Below, one piece after another: positions 60,012 to 64,000 of a stretch of DNA of 64,000 nt. Numbering within the stretch: the first letter of the stretch is position 1; the number at the start of each line of letters is the position of its first letter. The notes under the pieces were generated by a model. The model was not told the DNA's origin. It did not search any database and saw only the letters and a program-made list of their open reading frames with translations. Made by a program: the position numbers and the translations under genes. This stretch comes from Guillardia theta CCMP2712 (Eukaryota > Protista > Cryptophyta), in NCBI RefSeq assembly GCF_000315625.1, contig NW_005434552.1, forward strand, positions 50,127-114,126, written 5' to 3'.

Positions 60012-61740
60012 TTATTTCTCGACGGAGAAAGGAGCTCCTGCTTCAACTTTCAGCACGAAAAAGCCCAGACAAAGGGAATTGAGTCACCGCAAGCAGATCG
60101 AAGTCTTCGTCATTGTCGTCCTCGTCCTCGTCCTGATTCGGTTATGGAGTTGTCAAGTTCACGCAAGAAACTAGTGTTGATACCGCTGGAATGTCTTCGA
60201 GCCCTGGCACAGGAAACCTGAGGAGCAAGTCAGCACAGCACATACGAGCAGAGCAGATCGTTGTGAGGCACTTCACCTCAGAATCGCAGCCAGGCCCGAC
60301 AGCATCTGGAGTCTCTCCCCGGACACTGATCTCGCGTGAGCGCAGCACAGGCAACATGATACATGCTTCCTCACCATGCATCGTCGAGAAGATCAGAGCT
60401 AGACCTCCACTGTCCTTGACAGTCTCTACCAGGTCCACGTACTTCTTTCGTGCTGGAAAGGTCATCGTCAGTCGAGAAGAGCTTGTCTTGCGAGACCTCC
60501 AGGGTCTTGAGAGCGGAACAGGTTGTCCGATATCAGGAGCGTGTTGATCGCACCGATCTGAGCCTGAAGCGACTTTAGGCACGAAGATGCAAAGAGCTTC
60601 GCCTACCGCATGCATCACGTGCGCCTCTCCGTAGGCCGTGCGATCTGACTTTGAGTGAGCAAGGTAGGAGAGGAGACTGAACCACCGGCATCGTTATTCA
60701 GCATCTTGAAGAAGTCGTTGAGAGCTCTTGATTCTGCCGCCGCCTGCATGCTCGTTAGCTTCTGCTTGGCAGACAAACTTGTCTTACTTTGGTGTCATGC
60801 AAACGAGAAGCTATCGCAGGATCCGACAAGATCTCCTGCAGACGTGGATGAAACCTGCGTCCGCCGACTCAAGGGGCGAGGAAGGGGTTACCTTGATAGC
60901 ATGCTTGTGTCCACTGCTGCAGTGACAGAGGAGAAACTTGGACCTGTGCTGTATTACAGTTGAAATCAATAGCGGAGAGAGAAATCACTTATGATCAAGG
61001 AGGCAGCGCAGATCTTGTTTGTGCGACATGACATCAATGTGGCGCATCAGGTACTCGTTCACGAACCCTGCCACCAGCATCAGAGGGCAGAGGGCCCGCC
61101 TCGAGGGTCTACCCGGGCTGGCGATGATGAGGCACTTGACGATGGAGAAGTCAACGTGCTGCATGATGGCGCGCATGACCTGATCGTAGAACTTGTTCAA
61201 CGCCTTCTCCCTCCCCATTGACGCTGCGCCCTGCTTGCGGGGGATGGAGACCTCCACCTTCTGGCGCGTGAGAGTCATGCTGCTGGTGATGAGACACACG
61301 AAGGCCAGCCCTTCTTGCATCACCACCACCGCCAGGTCAGCTTTCCTAGTCACATCGCAAGCCTGCTCGACCAGATCCGATGCGATCGAGTCCCATTCCG
61401 ACTTTGCGAGAGAGAAAGCACGCTGCGTCTCGAGCTCGAGCGTGTGATATTGACCCATCTTCACGAAGTCGTTCTCGACTATGTTCTTCCCCTTGAGCCG
61501 CAGCGCTGGGGTCTGAGCGTCGAAGTCTATCGACTCCACTTTGATAGTCAGCGTGATCCTCATCTTCTCGGTCGAGACTGACCCCGTCGAAGACTCGGAG
61601 GCAACTTTGCGAAATGTATCAGTTCGCACTGAGTCTCCCACAGAGATCAAGTTGTAGACTGTCCACAAGTCTTCTGCGTCATCTGGGATGAGTTTTATCC
61701 TCCCCCCGTCTTTGCTAATCGCTTTATGCAACAACCGCAT
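60012..61740 (-). CDS. PELO: Pelota/Dom34 ribosome-rescue factor (multi-exon; 3' end approximate)
   Basis: MRLLHK..DGGRIKLIPDDAEDLWTVYNLI..GD.V...TFRKV...GKNI.EN.FVKMGQYHTLELE...IIASPG; C-terminal AYGEAHV, RKKYVDLVE.VK..GG...IFS.MH, LRFP. Confidence 0.95.
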
Positions 61741-62316
61741 GGCGACGAGAAGTTGTGGTAAAACGAACAGCAGGATCAATCTCAAGTTGGAAATCTTTCC
61801 TGCTGCTCAAGAGAATTCTCTTCTTCACCTCTCTTCTTCACCTCATGCCAACCTGACCTGTCATCAGGTGTCAAGCACGTTCCGAAACATTTTCACGCAG
61901 TCAGCATTTTGATTCTGTTTGGACTACTTGTATCACCACAGTTTGCTTCCCTGGCTCACATCTCAAGTCTTCACTTCCTCCATCGTCACCTTCTCTGCTC
62001 CTCCCCCTCTCCATCTTTCAAGTCAGCCCCGTCGCTGCATGCGCCTCTAAATTGCTGCCCCGCGGTCGAGCACTTTCTCCCTAGTCCAAAGTTGCTGCCT
62101 CCCTTTGCGTCTCAGCGCACCACCCTACCCATCCTTTCTCTCCACAGGCGGTTTTCAGGGTACTGAATAGGTTCAAATGTACCCACCCCATTACCTCAAT
62201 TATTTTGTTTTAGACGGGGTAGGGTAGACACATACCCCTTGGAAACCAAGGAAAGGGCAGAGGAAAGGGCTCAAAAAGGGGTGGAGGGGTGGAGGCGGGT
62301 AACGGTGGTTTGAATC

Positions 62317-63300
62317 ATGCGTGTGGTGGTAGCGAATGGCGACGAGGTGGGGGAGATCGAAGATCGGATGCAGGCAGCGGCAGAGGACGTCCTCTCCTCC
62401 CTTCCTTCCAAGTCCTCCCTCGACAAGAAGATGATCCGCGGAAAGATCGCACAAATCTCTCAGTGCTTCATGCAGAAGGTTGTACAGCGCATCTGAACCA
62501 GCTCTCTTCGTTTCCCTCCTGATCGCTCGCATCTCTTTATCATTTGATGATCAAACCTTCATGTTTGATACTATGCTTTGAATAATAATGTTATTCTGTT
62601 TCTGTCATGATGACATTTTGTGCTGCATTCCTACAGGTCAAACGCAACACTCGATTGCAAGATGAAGAATGGAGCGACCAGGAGGAACGGGAAAAGAAGA
62701 TGGCTAAGAAAGGTTGACAAACTCCTTTCACACGAATGAGAGTGTTTGTAACGTTCTGAGCAGAGGTCCTTGAGCCAGAAGATTTGGTGTTGAAGGCGAG
62801 GGTTGAGATGCTGAGGAACAAAATCAAAGAATCTGCGGAAAGAGTCAAGAAGTATCGCACAAGCATTCCGGGCAAGATTTGTGAAGCCACCAAGGAACAG
62901 ATTCAGAAATCATCAAAGCTGCTTGAAGAGGCGATAGAGGAGGAGGAACAGAGCAGCAAGGAAAGCGAAGTCGAGCAAGGAAACACATCTGCCTTGAGCA
63001 AGAACAAGGACATCTTTCTGGCTGAAACCACCAACATTGCACTCAAGGTGGAGGCCTTGAGAAAGAAGATCCCCGATCAGATCAGGGAAGGTCGTTCCAC
63101 CGTCCGGGTGTGTCAGGAATGGGCTAGGAAGCCGATCAGCGAGGCTGAAGCTGTGCTGGCCGAAGAACTCAAGGTTTGCTCCCTGACGCTACCTGCTTGT
63201 CGTAATGTCTGTGCAGGAAACACAGATGAACGCGGAGACGAGAAGCAGGCAAGCCAGTGCCATCGCTCAGCTCACAGCGTCTACTCTCACCGTCAGCAGC
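62317..63300 (+). CDS. Multi-exon coiled-coil protein, possibly Nsl1/Mis14-like kinetochore subunit
   Basis: ATG 62317 MRVVVANGDEV...; EPEDLVLKARVEMLRNKI...VKKYRTSIP resembles the Nsl1 EP.D..L..R...L....RR..P pattern; divergent from pelota. Confidence 0.4.
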
Positions 63301-63402
63301 CTCCCTCGCTGATCTCTATCGAAAACATTGCTTGTAAAATTATCATAATCGCTTTAAATGCCTTCTTGCTTGAAAATTAAAATCGCATAATCGACGAATA
63401 CA

Positions 63403-64000
63403 TTCATGTCTCATCCTCATCCTCCCCCTCCTCCCCCTCGCCCTCTTCCTCATCTTCCGAGGCATCAAGTCCGAGCAACTTAGCAGCCTCTTCTTTGGTC
63501 TTTGAAAAATCATGTCAGCTGACGACGAGACTGGAACACTTACAGTTTCTCTGGGATCCTTATCAGGTTGGACCAGAATTGCCTTTCCTTCTTTTGCTAC
63601 CCCAGCCATCCAAATGAACTGTGAGAGGATAAGAGGCAACCACAGCTGAGGCCATGCCTTGATGGTTATCTCACATCTCCGTTCTTGCACAGGTGTATTT
63701 CCATCCCGGTCCCGTCTTCTTGCTCAACGATGGAGGAGTCTTTGGGTTTCGAAGTCTTTACAAACTTGAGGTCCTCTTGTCAGCTTTGCGAGATCGGGTG
63801 AATATCTTACCTTCATCTCATTCGAAATCACAGCCCCGTCTTCTCCGAAAGAATAAACCGTCCAGTTTCCCATCTCTACTTTTTCAGGCAGTTTCTTTCC
63901 CCCTCCCTACAACAAGCTTAGAAATGTTTTCAAAATCATTTTAGAATATCACCTTTGCCAGCAACTTCTCTAAGTTTGGCAACGTGAACATGAAAGGAAC
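63403..64000 (-). CDS. 3' end of an unidentified multi-exon gene with an acidic tail
   Basis: Terminal reading ...DASEDEEEGEGEEGEDEDET*; runs off the window. Confidence 0.45.

Overview
Eukaryotic nuclear DNA from a draft assembly with N gaps. The short GT-AG/GC-AG introns of 55-100 nt, CTGAC/CTGAT branch sites, signal peptide plus RLRGG leader and gene families suggest an alga, probably a cryptophyte (inference). Zone 1 (1-39.3 kb) is a patchwork of duplicated and shuffled 0.1-3.5 kb cassettes, possibly subtelomeric. It encodes repeat-sensor plus enzymatic-effector proteins: two ankyrin-[7-bladed WD40 insert]-ankyrin-tyrosine-kinase-like-RING genes, two ADP-ribosyltransferase-ankyrin genes plus a third ankyrin array, and a U-box-kinase-armadillo gene. 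It also holds a CHAT/caspase-like fragment, two helical-repeat ORFs and RAD5/HLTF-like fragments. The repeat units are nearly identical except at predicted binding-surface positions, which suggests a diversifying innate-immune/non-self-recognition receptor cluster; this is the best candidate for an undescribed system. Zone 2 (40-46 kb) has a GT11-like glycosyltransferase and then a compact intronless island (truncated DcpS, papain-like ORF) that may be viral. The island's left junction is filled by two tandem copies of a 59-bp exon segment found 9.4 kb away, and its right side abuts a non-LTR retroelement relic. Zone 3 (46-64 kb) has mostly ordinary intron-containing genes (RLRGG-leader repeat protein, PKD2-like fragment, multi-cNMP protein, pelota, Nsl1-like) and two head-to-head inverted minisatellite arrays. 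No rRNA, tRNA or CRISPR array was recognised. All calls come from reading motifs by eye; no searches were run.
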